Counted from the first letter of the whole stretch, positions 11,707-25,160 are shown. The stretch: 63,365 nt of DNA, filler included, from Reticulomyxa filosa (GCA_000512085.1; 27 parts of 27 records of this genome joined end to end with filler, not necessarily neighbours in it), one strand, 5' to 3'. Notes: generated by a model not told the origin, from the letters alone. A program made the numbers and translations.

Positions 11707-12084
11707 TTCACACGAATTGAACGAAAAAAAATTTAGACTTGGAATCTGAAAAGTAACAAATGGACAATTTATTGATCAATTGTATCGAGATCAAGATTCT
11801 TTGGACAAGGCAGTCGGTCAAATGTGTTGTTGAAGCTGAGAAGCGACAATTGGTATCAAGACAATTTGGAAGTCGATTACGAAAGCGAGTTCAAAAATCA
11901 AAGAACAGATTTTGTAAACAAAGAGCGCCAAGGATTTAAGAGAGCCCAAGCAACCGCAAAGGAAATTGCAATTAGAAAAGCGTCAACATATGGTAAACAG
12001 CATTAATTCGCTGCATGAAGTGAACGAGGTCTTTCTAGTTAAAAGAGATCACATCACTCAAAAGACACAAAATCTTACAATAAC

Positions 12085-13085
12085 TAACTGGTCCACACAA
12101 AGGTAATTAAAAGAAAAACAATAAAGTTATCCATTGATATTGAAAATTATTCAAATATTTCTCTTGGTATCAATCACGAACTTCGCTGCTGACTTAACAA
12201 CTTTGGTTTCCATGATCTGTCTCGACAATAAAATTTCATCGATAGTGACAATGCATTGATATCTGGTAGCAATGTCTGAGCATTTGTCCACCAACTGCGA
12301 CGTAATTCTTGATACCGCAAACAGTCTCTTTTTCACACCAAATACAATCAGCAGGAATTCCAAAACGACCTTTAATCCGATATATTTCTGGGACATTATT
12401 CCCATTAAATGATCTTATGATCTTTTTACAAACTTGCAATCAGTCAGGATAATCACTCTTCCTATATTCCAATGCAAGTCTCATTGCCTCGATCTCTGAC
12501 CCAATGTTGGTCGTAATGCCAGTGATTGTATATTCCAATTCCAACCATTTTATCATATTTGGGTCCTGAATTACTCCAATACCAGGATTTGGATATGTGC
12601 TCCCATCACAAAATATCACAATGCAATCATTGTCTAATGATACCATAGTCTTATCTGATGTAGATTCATCTGGTTCAACTGTCGGCACTCTAGCCTTAGC
12701 TGCACGGATGCAACCACGATATGAAGCTGGGATATAATATTGACTTTATCATAAGCAGTTTATCACACGTTTCAATCGTTTCTTATTAGTGTCTGCTGCA
12801 CCATTCCAAAATGCAGATGCATACTCAAGATTTAGACGGATGATTGTCTTGTATAGTAGATTATATATGGATAAACTTGGCCTGACACCTTTATATGTCA
12901 ATATATGTAGTTAACATGGAATAAGGAACAATCCAAGATACTTCATATGATCACACTCCTTCAAATTGAAATGCTGCAATCAATTTCATCTTTGGGAATT
13001 TCTTCTTATTCTAGTGTCTGAATGTAATGCATTGCGTCTTATTAGCTGCAAGTAACATCTTCCATTTATTAGACCAATGGATACA
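12085..13085 (-). mobile_element. Second LINE copy in inverted orientation, retaining an RNase H domain
   Basis: IVIFCDGSTYPNPGIG...TNIGSEIEAMRLALE (RNase H), ADCIWCEKETV and KSAAKFVIDTKRNI. The 3' UTR at 12085-12150 is the reverse complement of 11500-11555. Confidence 0.88.
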
Positions 13086-13099
13086 ATTAGCGCATACAT

Positions 13100-14005
13100 T
13101 TTTTGGAAATTTCTGCACACTATTTATCCATTTTGCAGTTGACAATCAGCAATTTATTCAATTTGTGGGAGGAGATTGGAATGCAAATCATCCTGCATAA
13201 TTGGATCATAATATCGACTGAACAAGTAGACAAATTCAGTTGCAAGTATAAAAGAAGTTATCGAGGCTATGAAATATTTGTCTCCATACAAGAGCTGAAT
13301 AATAATCAATTGTTACATCAAACACAAGCGTGCCAGTCTTGGCATAACACAGATGAATTGTTATTGGAGAAATAAATTGAAAATAAAATAAGAAATGAAT
13401 TTAATTAGATTGAAGATTATATTTATTTTTTTATTATTACGACGAAGACAAGAAGAGGTGAAGTTGTATCAGATGATCAGGTCGATTTAATGGTCATAAT
13501 CTTGTATTGGTATACAATATTTGGAATGAATCAAGACAAAGACTCATTTGAATTACATATCATGAATTGGTAAATTTCCCTCTTATCAGGAAATGCTAGA
13601 ATTTCTTCTTCAAACCAAATACAATCTGGAGAGAATGTTATAAGTTGAATTCACAAAGGAAAATATTGCAAAACAAGCACCTAACTCAAACTTGAATACT
13701 GTACTAATAAGTTACAAAAAGTAACCAACAAATAACATGCAAGCTTCAACTTTGAAGCTATAATTTTAATTAAATTGTTTGGAAGAAAATAGAAATGCAT
13801 TAGTTATATCATTATAAATGACTTCAATTTAATCTTGATCATCACACGGTTGATGGCCTTTGTCTAACCCTGTGGAGCTCAGGGAACCCAAGGATCACTT
13901 TGGGATCTCTTAAACTCTTCGAGACAGCATCAAGTGGTGACGTCAGCTCCAAAACGCCGATGCATACTCGAGACTAGGACGAATGATGGTCTATATAATA
14001 GATTT
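13100..14005. mobile_element. Further fragments of the same LINE family (+ strand about 13250-13575; - strand about 13945-14005)
   Basis: LLHQTQ...NTDELLL matches 9930-9960. 13465-13570 matches 10715-10810. 13945-14005 reverse-complements to ..TIIRPSLEYASAFW. Confidence 0.75.
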
Positions 14006-16488
14006 TTTTTTTAGCTGAGATAGTTGTAATATTGAAATTCCAAAAAATGAAAAAGGAAAGGGAAAAAACATCGCAACCAAGCCCTCACTCACAAGGAATA
14101 CAGTACTAAAATTACAATGTCTTGCCCCGACTTTCAGCAGTTAAGCGCCAATTATTATGAAGGGACTTCTAATATATATTATATACATATATATAATAGA
14201 TTATACAAATGGATACTTTGTTGTAATAATCCCAATTGTTTATTCATTTCATCAACATCACTTGTGTTCAAAGTGCAATGTTATCATCACCTTGTCCTAA
14301 GGAATAAAACACAGTACTTTAAAAAAACACAATACAAAAGAAAGATACACAAAACCCTACTAAANNNNNNNNNNNNNNNNNNNNNNNNNNNNNNNNNNNN
14401 NNNNNNNNTTAATTAATTAANNNNNNNNNNNNNNNNNNNNNNNNNNNNNNNNNNNNNNNNNNNNCTTTGTGCAATCATTCGTAATCCGATGTTTCTTAGA
14501 TATATGCTGCATATTGTTGTGTTTGGGGTTATGATTTCATCACTGCGTTTGCTTTTTGGCTGGGGGCAACATATCCCTTCTTCATGTAGTGGCACAAATA
14601 GACATTTCCACATTTTTTTAAAATGTAACTTTTCTGTATAAAATACAAATTTGAAAGTAAATTGTAAACAATTTTTAAACATTTAATTAAAACTATTCAG
14701 GTAACTTTTTCTTGGAGAAAACTTCTTGATTGTTTTAGGTATATTTTTTTAAATACTAACTCATTTTACTAAAGAATCACTTGACATATGAAGTAGATTG
14801 AACTTTTCTTGAAAACTATTTGTTGTTTTTTTACAAGTTCTTAAATCACGGGAAAAAACTATGTATTGATATCAAGATGGCTGCCTAGCAAAGATTTCAC
14901 TTGAAATGGAAAAATACAACAAAACTCTGGTTTTCATTTGAAAACTTTTACTATATATGTATCTATATTGATCAATTTTTAGTCAGTTGTTTGGTTGTAT
15001 ACACTCAAACGTAACGGATAAATGAATAATTTATGTAATATATAAAGCCAACACAATGCGAATTGTAGCAACGAACCCAGCACCAAGTGTTGTCGCAACG
15101 GCGATAGTGACAAATATCTTTAATAGTACAGTAAATAGTGTCGAAGTGGTAAGCGAAACGATAAAAGTATTATGATAGTCTTATGTTGTTATAAGTGGCT
15201 GTCAGTACACATATAATATAGTTCGTTGGTTAAAATGAAGCATTTCGTCTGCTGAATTCGGCCGACGAACAGTTCGAAACATAACAGTTAACTCAAATTC
15301 TGTCGTTGATGATCAAATGTAGTGGATACTATTTGCACATGTATTTTTTTTTTTAATATTTAAAAAATTGATCATTTGTAGATTGACAGCAAAAAAATTA
15401 AACAAAATTTAAACAAAATCGATTTGAAATAGCAAATATTTCATGATAATGAAACAGTAGTTAGTTCGATATTATATAGTGTATGTGGTAGTATATGAAT
15501 ATGAGAATTAACAAATGATATGTTTAGTAATTGTAGATTAACAGAAGATGGAGAAAACAAACTTGAATTATACAAAACACTGCAATTATGTTTTGAATAT
15601 TTAGTGTATCTACAAGATATTTGAAATAGTACAAAATGTGTCAATATTGAAAGTGTCGTTAAACGATACAGAAGATAGTATGCAAGAATATACAATCCAG
15701 ATAAATATTGTACCAAAGAGAATATATATGATTAGTCGATCATTTTGCAGTAGTTTCCAATTATATACGTGGAAGATATATAGTTCTACTGTATGCTTTG
15801 TTTTTGTTTTTTACAATTGTTTAAAAAATAATAATTTTTTTTTTTCTTTTCATTATAATTTTTTTTATAACAAAATAGGTAGAAACACCAACAAATCAAA
15901 CATTCTTCTCAAAATAGCAGCGATATCTATTTTATAAACATGAATTTAGCATTGTGCTAATTTTCATTTTCTGTTTCTTTTGGTAATATCAACTTAAAAT
16001 TGTAAATTGTTTTCTCAATTTCTTCATTACAAGAAACAAATGTTACAAATCCATATACAGTAGCAATCAAAAGTGTTTATATGTTGCGAATTTTCATTTA
16101 TTTTTTTACTTAAATGCAAATATCTCCATAATGAAAAAAGATAATTTTCTGAAAATTGATATGAGTTATATCTTACATTTATACTCTAGAAATATGAAAT
16201 TTTTTGATTTTTCATATTGATAATTTATAATATATTTAATTTTCAAAATTATCAACTAGTACATACAGTTTTTCTAAAAATACTAATAAGAAATTACTTA
16301 AAACTGCAGTAGTTTGCAAAAAAAACTGTATAAAAAAAATGTGCTTTTTAGTATTTGACTTGTATGTCTTTATTGAAAAGAGCTAAAGNNNNNNNNNNNN
16401 NNNNNNNNNNNNNNNNNNNNNNNNNNNNNNNNTTAATTAATTAANNNNNNNNNNNNNNNNNNNNNNNNNNNNNNNNNNNNNNNNNNNN

Positions 16489-16498
16489 CAACAACAGC

Positions 16499-16552
<54 letters not shown>

Positions 16553-18255
16553 ATCAAATGACAGGAGGAATGGACATCACCTCACCATTGATACAAAGAC
16601 AAGCCACGCCACAACTGCAAATGCCGACGATCTACTCGCAGCCGACAACAATAATTAGTGGCAATAGCAACAGCGGTGCGAACAGCTCGAAGCCATTGTT
16701 CGCGATGCAGCCCTCGACTCCGGTCTCCATTCCCTTGTCTCAACGCGGACAACTGCCGAGTCTGTCGTCGGTCCAACTCACTGATGTCACGGGCGTCGCC
16801 AATAAAAACCCGGCGCTCACTGCCCACGCACATCTTCACGACAATGTCAGCGACGGACAAATGATTATCACCCCGACGACGACAACAACGACGACGACGA
16901 CAGTGGACAATAATAACACTGGGATCATTGATAACACAAAGACTGCCAATGTTATTTCCTCTGGATTGTTGAATCAGCCTTTGTTATTGCAATTTTCACA
17001 ACAACAACAACAGCAACAGCAACAACAGCAGCAGCAGCAACAACAACAGCAACAACAACAACAGCAACAACAACAACAACAACAACAACAACAGCAAATT
17101 CAGAATGCAAATAATTCAATTTTATCCCAACAACTCTATCAAATTATAGAAAAGAGAAACGCACTCCAATCCACAATACAGCTTATTCTTGGGTGGAGAT
17201 TAAACCTTCAACAACAATTTACCGAAGCACAAAGAACAGCACAAACGAACCCAAATAGTAATGCCTTGCAATTACAGATAGGCTCAAAGGTTTGAGACGA
17301 CTGCATTACACTTTGTTTATTTTCTTTTTACGTAACACTTACATTACAATCACATTCAATGAATATTGCTATTCATTTATAAGTGTATATTGTGTGTATT
17401 TTTATTTATTTATTTATTTTTTTTTTTAATGCCAATTGCTAGCTGAAAGATATAGAAATGGTCTTGCAATTCTATCAGACACAAATCTCATCTTTAGATG
17501 CAATACTGCGCGAAAGTGCGTCCCAAGCGCAAATGGCCACTACCATGGCCAACAATGACCTCGTTCACGCTACGACGCAAGAGGAAAGGATGCAAGGTTG
17601 AGTAACATTGAATGTACTCAAAGAAAACAAGAAGAGAAGCTTTGATGATCGAACAAAATGAAACATCATTTGACATCATACACACACACACACACACAAT
17701 TATACTTTGCAATAGTGAATACAATGATGCCAGGATCCGGTCAAACCCTCCAACGTGGTTTGAATCCGCTTGAAATGGAGCTTTCTGCACAAGCTGAAAA
17801 TACAACAGTTATTTATCTGTTTTTAAAAAAATAAAAAAAAAGCTACCAATTTTTTTTTTATTTTTTTTTAATTGGGAGAAACATTGACAAGCATTTTTTT
17901 TTTTTTTTTTTTTTGGCATAATTGACTTTGTTGAAAGATTGACCAAAGCGAGTTCGAACAGCGATTGAAAAGCGCTCCTCCGTATGTGCCGTACAGTGTG
18001 ACGACGCCCGAGAACGAAGAAATGGCACGAGGTCAGTCCCAGTCTGGCATGTCCCAAGACTACATGTCGTATGCGCAGCAATCCATGAACGCCCCTATCG
18101 CTATCGACATGTCAGGCATCGAGAGCACGTATAACAATATGGCCAACTCCACCGGAGTTGACAACAGTAACAACCTCGATATCAACAATAATAGCAATAA
18201 CAATAATAACAACATTAATAATAATAACAACATTAATAATAATAATAATAATAAC

Positions 18256-18295
<40 letters not shown>

Positions 18296-19300
18296 TTAAT
18301 ATTAATAATAATGCTTATAATAATGCTTATAATAATGATAACAATAACAATACTCCGATGAATGATTCTTTTGTGCCAGACACAGCTGGCGGCAATGAAA
18401 ATGCTGGCAAGAGCTCTCAACTGAATCCAAATGCACCCGAGTTCACTTTGGACACCACCGTGCCAGCAAAGCCAGTGGTAGCCCCTGTGGCCAATCCCAC
18501 TCCACCTGCCCGTTTCAAGCCTACTCCAAAAACATCCACCTCGCTGGACCCGGTCAAAGAAGAAGAGCAAATCTGGGTATGTGTGCGCACATGCTTTCCA
18601 CACACACACACACACACACACACATACATGCGCATAACATATATAACACATAACACACCAAACATAAATCTCTCATCTCTTTGTCAACACGCTTACAAAA
18701 ACTCTTGTCATAACACATACAAACGAATAAAGACGGATGACGAATCACAACATCTTGTGGAACAATCTGTTACGTGCTGCATTGCCGTAATATACACATA
18801 TATATGTATATATGTATATGTATATATATATATATAAATGTATATCAAATGTTTGCTTTGTTTGGAGGCAAAGACATACTTATAAACTAATTACCAAAAA
18901 AAAAAAAAAAAAATGATAGGACGAAACGAAGGTATCTCAATACGAGCAGTACGGCGGAGCAAACATGTTTTCGGGACTGTTGCAAAAGCGACCTGGCAAG
19001 TACCAGGAGGGCATGTTCGACAAGCGCGGCGATCTCGCTTCGAAAGCGACGAGCAGAGGGCCGCCGACAGTGGACGAAGACGCAAACGCGGATGACTTTG
19101 CCGATCTGAAAGAGGACACCAACAAGTCTGCAAAGAGCAAAGAAGACGAGAGGGTATCTGCAAGCAAGTTCGTCTCGAAGGAGGCGGAGGAAGCCAAGGA
19201 AAAGGCAATGGCGTCTAAGTTTGACCACATTGGCATGGGATCTCTGGAAGAGCAGGAAGAGGAAGAAGAAGAAGAAGAAGAAGAAGAAGAAGAAGGGACT
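16489..19300 (+). repeat. Coding trinucleotide tracts in eIF4G: polyQ (16489-16550, 16998-17097), polyN (18185-18350), polyE (19255-19295)
   Basis: (CAA/CAG)n, (AAT/AAC)n and (GAA)n runs, all in frame. Confidence 0.9.
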
Positions 19301-21846
19301 GACCAAAGAGAAAAAAAAGAAGATAAAGAAGATAAAGAAGAAGAAGAAGAAGCAGCAGCAACAGTAACAGCAACAGCAACAACAGAAGAAAGAGAGCACC
19401 GAGATGATAAAGCAGAAGTCCAAGAAGAAGAAAAAGAGTACAATAACATCGACGACTATGCAAACAGAGATGACAATAACAACAATGAAGATGACAAAGA
19501 CAACGAATTGAAAGTGGTGTTCGACTCGGAACGAGACTCAAGATCGGGCGTGGCCAGACGCTATGAGACGACTCCAATAGTGTATTCAATGACGCAGTTG
19601 TGGAAGTACCAACTTCAGTTTGTGGACGAGCCAGACAAAGAGTCAATGGCAAAGGATGCACTGAATGCTTATCTATCCGTGTGTCGACAGAGTCGTCATT
19701 ATCTCCAAGATTTTGCGCCAGCGGGGTCTGTTCGACCTCGAAGTATACGTCCATTTGCAAATGCAAACACCACCTCCACTATCGTTCGCAGTGGCAGTGG
19801 TGGCGACGGGTCTGACGGCTATCATGTGCAAATGGAACATCAACTGTCTCCGCAAGAGCGATTAAAGCGCAAAGTGACGGCGATATTGAATCGCATTACT
19901 CCCGAAAACTTTGATGTGCTCGCACAACGCATGATAACATTGGTCGATGAAAGCGTGCACGATCATGAACAGTATTCATTAGTGCTGTCGTGCATTTTGG
20001 ATAAAGCTTCTGCGGAGAGCAACTTTGTTGAACAATATGTCGACTTGTGTGAAAAATTGCATCGCAATCAACTAAACCCATTGCTCGCGCCGTTCCCGGG
20101 AAGTGCACCGGAACACGCACACATTCTCGACGCGCAAAAGAAATTCTGTGATCTGTGCGCCACACTTTTGCATACGAGCTTTACGAAACAAAAAGAGAAA
20201 GTGTTGGAAAATATTGAGGAAATGGAAGAGTTTAAAAAATCTCGAAAAAGAAGAGGTTGACAATCTCAAAATTGTTCGCAAAAAAAAATTCCTTGGCATC
20301 ATGTCCGTGTTTGGCGAATTGTACAATCGCAAACTGATGAGCCAAAAAGTCATTTTTGATGGGTTCATGCGTGAACTGCTGAACAACAAAGAATATCGCC
20401 CCAATGCATTGGATATTGAAGCCTTGTGCACACTCTTGGAACAGTGCAGCACAAACTTGCGAAAAAAAGAAGAGGAAAAAAAATTGGCCGAATTGTACTT
20501 GAAAAAAATGCAAGATTTTGCAAAACACATGGAACCCAGAATTCGATTTCGAGTCGAAGAAATTTGTGATATCAAAAACAATCACTGGCTAAATCAGCGA
20601 AAACACGAAAAAGCCAAAACTTTAAAGGAAATCCATGAGGACTTTTACCATCAACAGGACCAAACTGCTCGATCCTTTCCGCAAAACTCAAGGGGAGGGC
20701 ACTTTTCTGGGAATAACAAAAAAAATCTATACAATGCAAATCCAAATGATTTGAAACGTTCTCGTGCTGGTGATATTGATGATGCAAGAGTCTCGGGAGG
20801 CATTCCAACATCCGCTGGAGGACAATTTCACCCACGAAGTTATTATTTTGCCAATGTTGTGTGTTCCTTGTTTCCGATTCTGTTCAAATTTTTTTTTTTT
20901 TTTGCTACAGCTACAAAATCTCGAACAAGTAGTCGATATGAACGTGGTGGCGCCTCTCCACCCCCAGAAGCACGTTCGGCAAATACAAACAAAAGCACTC
21001 GTGACCGGCCACCGACCGGAAAGCAGAAAGCAGGTGGCGGAAATGCGAAGACGCGAATATCGCGATCGCAAAGTGAGCCCAGCACCATGGACGTGGAGGA
21101 GAAAAAGACAGAAAGCAATGAACCTGTGGCAATAAAGAAGGCAATAGTACTAAACAGTGAAGAAGAAGTGATCCAAGCGTTCGATGACTGCTTGGAAGCC
21201 TGTTGCAAGGCCGACAATTTGGATGGCGTGAAACAATTTGTGTCCGACAATTTGTCTCAGCTGACAAGCCATGTGTGGGCCGAGGTTGCCGTGAAGACAT
21301 GTCAAATTTGGAAGTTCAAAGATATCAGAGCGGCATTTGAGCCTCTGATTGGCCACGCCGTGAGCCAGGGATGGCTGACTCATGAAATCGCTGTGGAAAT
21401 GGTCCAGGAACTGGGAAGTCGATTCGAATCCGAACGTGCAGATGTGCCCATGCTGCAGCAAATCTATGGCACTGTTTTTTCCGCTATTGTTATCAACGCA
21501 AAGACGAACGACTTTGTCGACATTTTTAAGGTGTTTGTCATTGCCGCACAAGAAGCTGATACCACTCCAAAGAATTGGATGCCACTCTTAAAATTTGGAC
21601 TGGAAAATCTTATTGCCAATGACAAAGAAAAACACCTTTTGATACCTTTCAAATCTTTGGGATTTGCATCTCTGATCGATTCAAGATTTCTTAAGGTTAT
21701 ACGTGTATTTATACCCCTTTTTTTTATGGACAAAAAAAAGTGGCTATTGTTATACTTTTTTTTATTTTTGATCATTGTTTTTTTTTTTGAATGAAACGTG
21801 CAATGTATAACAGGACTGGAAAAAAGAATTAACCGATTACCTGTGA
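16489..21846 (+). CDS. eIF4G: Translation initiation factor eIF4G, 5' truncated, multi-exon
   Basis: MIF4G domain (LKRKVTAILNRITPENF...ILDKASAESNF...KFLGIMSVFGELY...IEALCTLL...PRIRFRVEEI), eIF4E-binding YSMTQLW (19583-19603), PAM2 SQLNPNAPEF (18415-18444) and a helical C-terminal domain. GT-AG introns 17290-17442, 18577-18919, 20839-20910 and 21696-21813; stop TGA at 21844-21846; one frameshift in the A-run near 20235. Confidence 0.88.
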
Positions 21847-22032
21847 ACCAGTAGTTTTTTTCGCCGAAAAAATAAACAAGCGGCGAAAAGGAAAAAAAAA
21901 ATCAGTGAAGTTTTGTTTTTTGTGTTTTTTTTNNNNNNNNNNNNNNNNNNNNNNNNNNNNNNNNNNNNNNNNNNNNTTAATTAATTAANNNNNNNNNNNN
22001 NNNNNNNNNNNNNNNNNNNNNNNNNNNNNNNN

Positions 22033-22539
22033 TCGTCGTCGTCGCTGGTCTTGTGGTTGCGCTTGGCCATGGCCTTGATCGCTATCTTTTTTCGCATCCG
22101 AATCTTCTTGAACTTGCGATATTATTTGACCTTGCACTTGCGCTGGCGCTTGTTGTACTTGTAGTAGTACTTGCTGTGGCTGTTGGAGTTGCGGGATTTG
22201 TTGTACCTGCTGCACTTGTGGTGCTTGTTGAACCTGCACTTGTTGAGCATGTGCTTGTTGTGCATGCGCTTGTTGTACTTGATGCACCGGTTGAACTTGC
22301 TGAGCTTGCATTTGATTGGCATGCACTTGTTGTGCTTGCTGCATTGGTGGGGCTTGTTGGATGTGCACTTGTTGGGCTTGAGTTTGCTGGGCCTGTGCTT
22401 GCTGCGCCTGCACTTGTTGAACATGCGCTTGTGGGCCTTGCTGCACTGGTGGAGCTTGTTGAACTTGTTGGGCCTGCTGCACTTGATTTTGTGCTTGGCC
22501 TACTCCGTGTTGGTGATTACCTACTTGTACGTTATTCGG
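22033..22539 (-). CDS. Q/V/A/H/P-rich repetitive protein exon, function unknown
   Basis: Open frame of imperfect 5-6 aa repeats (QAQQV, QQAPPV, QAHAQ) after a probable CAG acceptor at 22540-22542; truncated by the spacer. Confidence 0.5.
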
Positions 22540-23531
22540 CTGTAGCCAATCAATCAATTATTGTTTATAATCTCAATTATTATTGTTATTATAAATATAT
22601 CATTGAAATTAATTTATAAAATAATTGGAAACTCTGTATCTCTTGCTAGGCAGCAATGTGTCGTCAGCAAAGAACGGTCGTCCTCTCTTTACTACTCTAC
22701 TTCTACGGCTTTTGTCTATTGTTTATTTTATTTATTTAGTATGTTTGTTTTTTTGTCTGTATGTTTGCCTCTAAAAACAGAGCCAATGCACACACAAAAT
22801 GAACCATAAAAAATTTTTGTATGAAAAAAAAAAGCTTTGCATCAGTGGAAATAAAAAAAAGATGAAGTATGAAAAAATCAAATGGAGCTGTCACAAGAAA
22901 GAATATTGAGCGCAGAACAAATGTTACAAATGGGTGTTATAACAACAAAGCATCCATTTTTTACACTCTTTTTTTTGTTTGTTTGTTGTGCAAGTGTGTT
23001 TTTTTTGTTTACAATTGAAAGGAATTGAGGTTCTCTCAACGTTATTTTCTCCGTTATTTTGCATTTTCCTTTTTTTTTCAAACTTTTCAACAGTTGTGTT
23101 AACTTGAAACTAAGGGGACCAGTGAGCGCAAACTTAGCTATGGTTGATCGAAAAAGAAAGATGGCCACTTTTGAATGTAAAATAAATATCACATATTTTA
23201 ATCTTTTGAAAAAAATGAAATGAATGTCACGTTGCTTCATTACAAACAAAACAAGTTCATTCAGCAAACGAGCGAGGTTTGTTCAAATCTTTAATGTTTT
23301 TTCGTGAACCTTATGCTTTTGTTTTTTGTGACATGTAAATCGAAGTTATTGCATAAGGAAAATAGAAACCTATAACAACGAAGCCTAGATTGAACAAGGC
23401 TTTCTATGTGCCCTTTCTTAAAGGAACGTGAAAATTAAAAATCATTTCGAAAACTTTAATGTACCAGCTTACGAATTGTTTTGGTTTTATTTGTTTTTAT
23501 ACTTTGAAACTTTTTATTATTTGGTTTACAA

Positions 23532-24300
23532 ATGACTTTTTCTAAGAGACAACCATCAATTGGTATTAACTTGGGTACGACGTACTCATAACACTGTGGA
23601 AATTATTCCAAATGATATGGGAGAGCGAACAATCCATTCTTACGTATCTTTTAGTGATACAGAAAGATTGATGAGAATAACATCAAAGAACCAAGCTGCA
23701 AGAAATACAGAAAACACAATATTTGACGCAAAACGATTAATCGGAAGAAAGTTAGAAATTTTTTTCCACTTTTTTAATCTTTTTATTATTATTATTTTTT
23801 TTTATGTGATAAAAAATAGATTTGATGATTCAGTAGTTCAAGCTGATATGAAATTGTGGCCATTTAAAATAGTAAAAGAATCACAAAACCGACCAACAAT
23901 GAAAGTATTATATAAAGGACACATTAGTAGCATTTTTTGATGAATGAATTTAAAAAGAGATATAAATTGGACTGAAATTGATCAATAAAAAAGACGATTA
24001 AGTGATGAAGAAGTTAAACGAATTGTTGGAAGAGGCTGAAAAATACAAAGTCGATGATGCAAATGTTGAAAAAAGAATTCATGCTAAAAATGATTCAGAC
24101 AATTATATATAACAAATGAGAAACACTTTAGATCGTTTAAAAGTTGAAAAAGCAATCAAAGAAATTACTGAACGGGTTGATGCAAATCCAAATGCTGAAT
24201 TAGAAGAATTTGACCATAAAAAGAGAGAATTGGAGGAGCTAGTGGCATACCAGGAGGAATGCCCAATATGAGTAATTTTGGTGGTTCTGGCGGAAATTAA
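23532..24300 (+). pseudogene. HSP70: Cytosolic HSP70 pseudogene, internally deleted
   Basis: [33 protein letters not shown], intron 23751-23819, [15 protein letters not shown], then a jump to RLSDEEV...EAEKYK...GIPGGMP. Frameshifts, stops and most of the ATPase and substrate-binding domains are missing. Confidence 0.9.
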
Positions 24301-24752
24301 ATTTAGTTGTATTTGTTAAAAAGACCATGGGAATTTTTGCAAAAAAAAAAAGGTTCTTTCCATGTTTTGAACTTTTCGTTTAATTTTTTTTTAGCTTTGA
24401 GTCATCGATTAAACATGATTTCGTAACTCTTTAAATTTTAAAATCTTTTGAATGTAAAGCTTTTTTGAAATAAAGAAAATTTTTCCTTATACACAAAACT
24501 CAGTTTGATGTATGACTTTTATCAAACATTTTGTTNNNNNNNNNNNNNNNNNNNNNNNNNNNNNNNNNNNNNNNNNNNNTTAATTAATTAANNNNNNNNN
24601 NNNNNNNNNNNNNNNNNNNNNNNNNNNNNNNNNNNTAATATCTCTTCAATTAGTAAATATCTTTTACTTGAAATTATTGGTTGCAAAACTCGTAAAGTTC
24701 ATCAAAGGGTATATAGTATGTTGAAGTAATATTCATTATCTAAAAAAATAAA

Positions 24753-25160
24753 ATGTATAATTGTTTTGTGCTATCTTCATCAGAGCAAATTAAGCTTCGG
24801 TTGAATTTTTACCGCGAAAGCTTAGATGAATGTGGTGACAAGCCCTATCACAAGTGCATTCGCTATCCACATTGGTCCGTCATAGTGACAGTTCCGTTGG
24901 GCACAACATATTACAAGTTGACAGACACATTCACTCGTCCAAGACCGACTGAGTCCAAAGCGCCCTTTTCTACGAGACGAAAGTGGGACTGAAGCGTTAC
25001 TACATCCCACTAGAGAAGATCATCTTACAATGGATCATATACAAACTATCTTATGTGGATTGGTCCACCGGTTACGGTCTTGTTATATGTTTTGACGACT
25101 CGATGTTTGATACGGTATTGGACACCGCGTTGGCGACAGTATAACTACGATTATGCAAAC
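24753..25160 (+). pseudogene. Degenerate paralog of the MGNC-start protein at 43813-44042
   Basis: IKLRLNFYRESLDECGDKPYHK...HWSV.VTVPLGTTYY is nearly identical to the 43813-44042 product, but it starts MYNC and has a deletion and frameshift. Upstream 24636-24710 matches 44085-44160 (reverse complement). Confidence 0.75.

Noticed and set aside
20225-20250. Programmed ribosomal frameshift in eIF4G
   Set aside because: Removing one A from the A6 run restores the MIF4G frame. Similar slips occur at A-runs in PEX6 and the Kelch gene, consistent with homopolymer sequencing error.
22053-22619. 188-aa Val/Leu-rich membrane protein on the + strand
   Set aside because: Antisense of the CAA-rich repeat; likewise the poly-L/I/F/S ORFs at 18060-19766 are shadows of eIF4G tracts.
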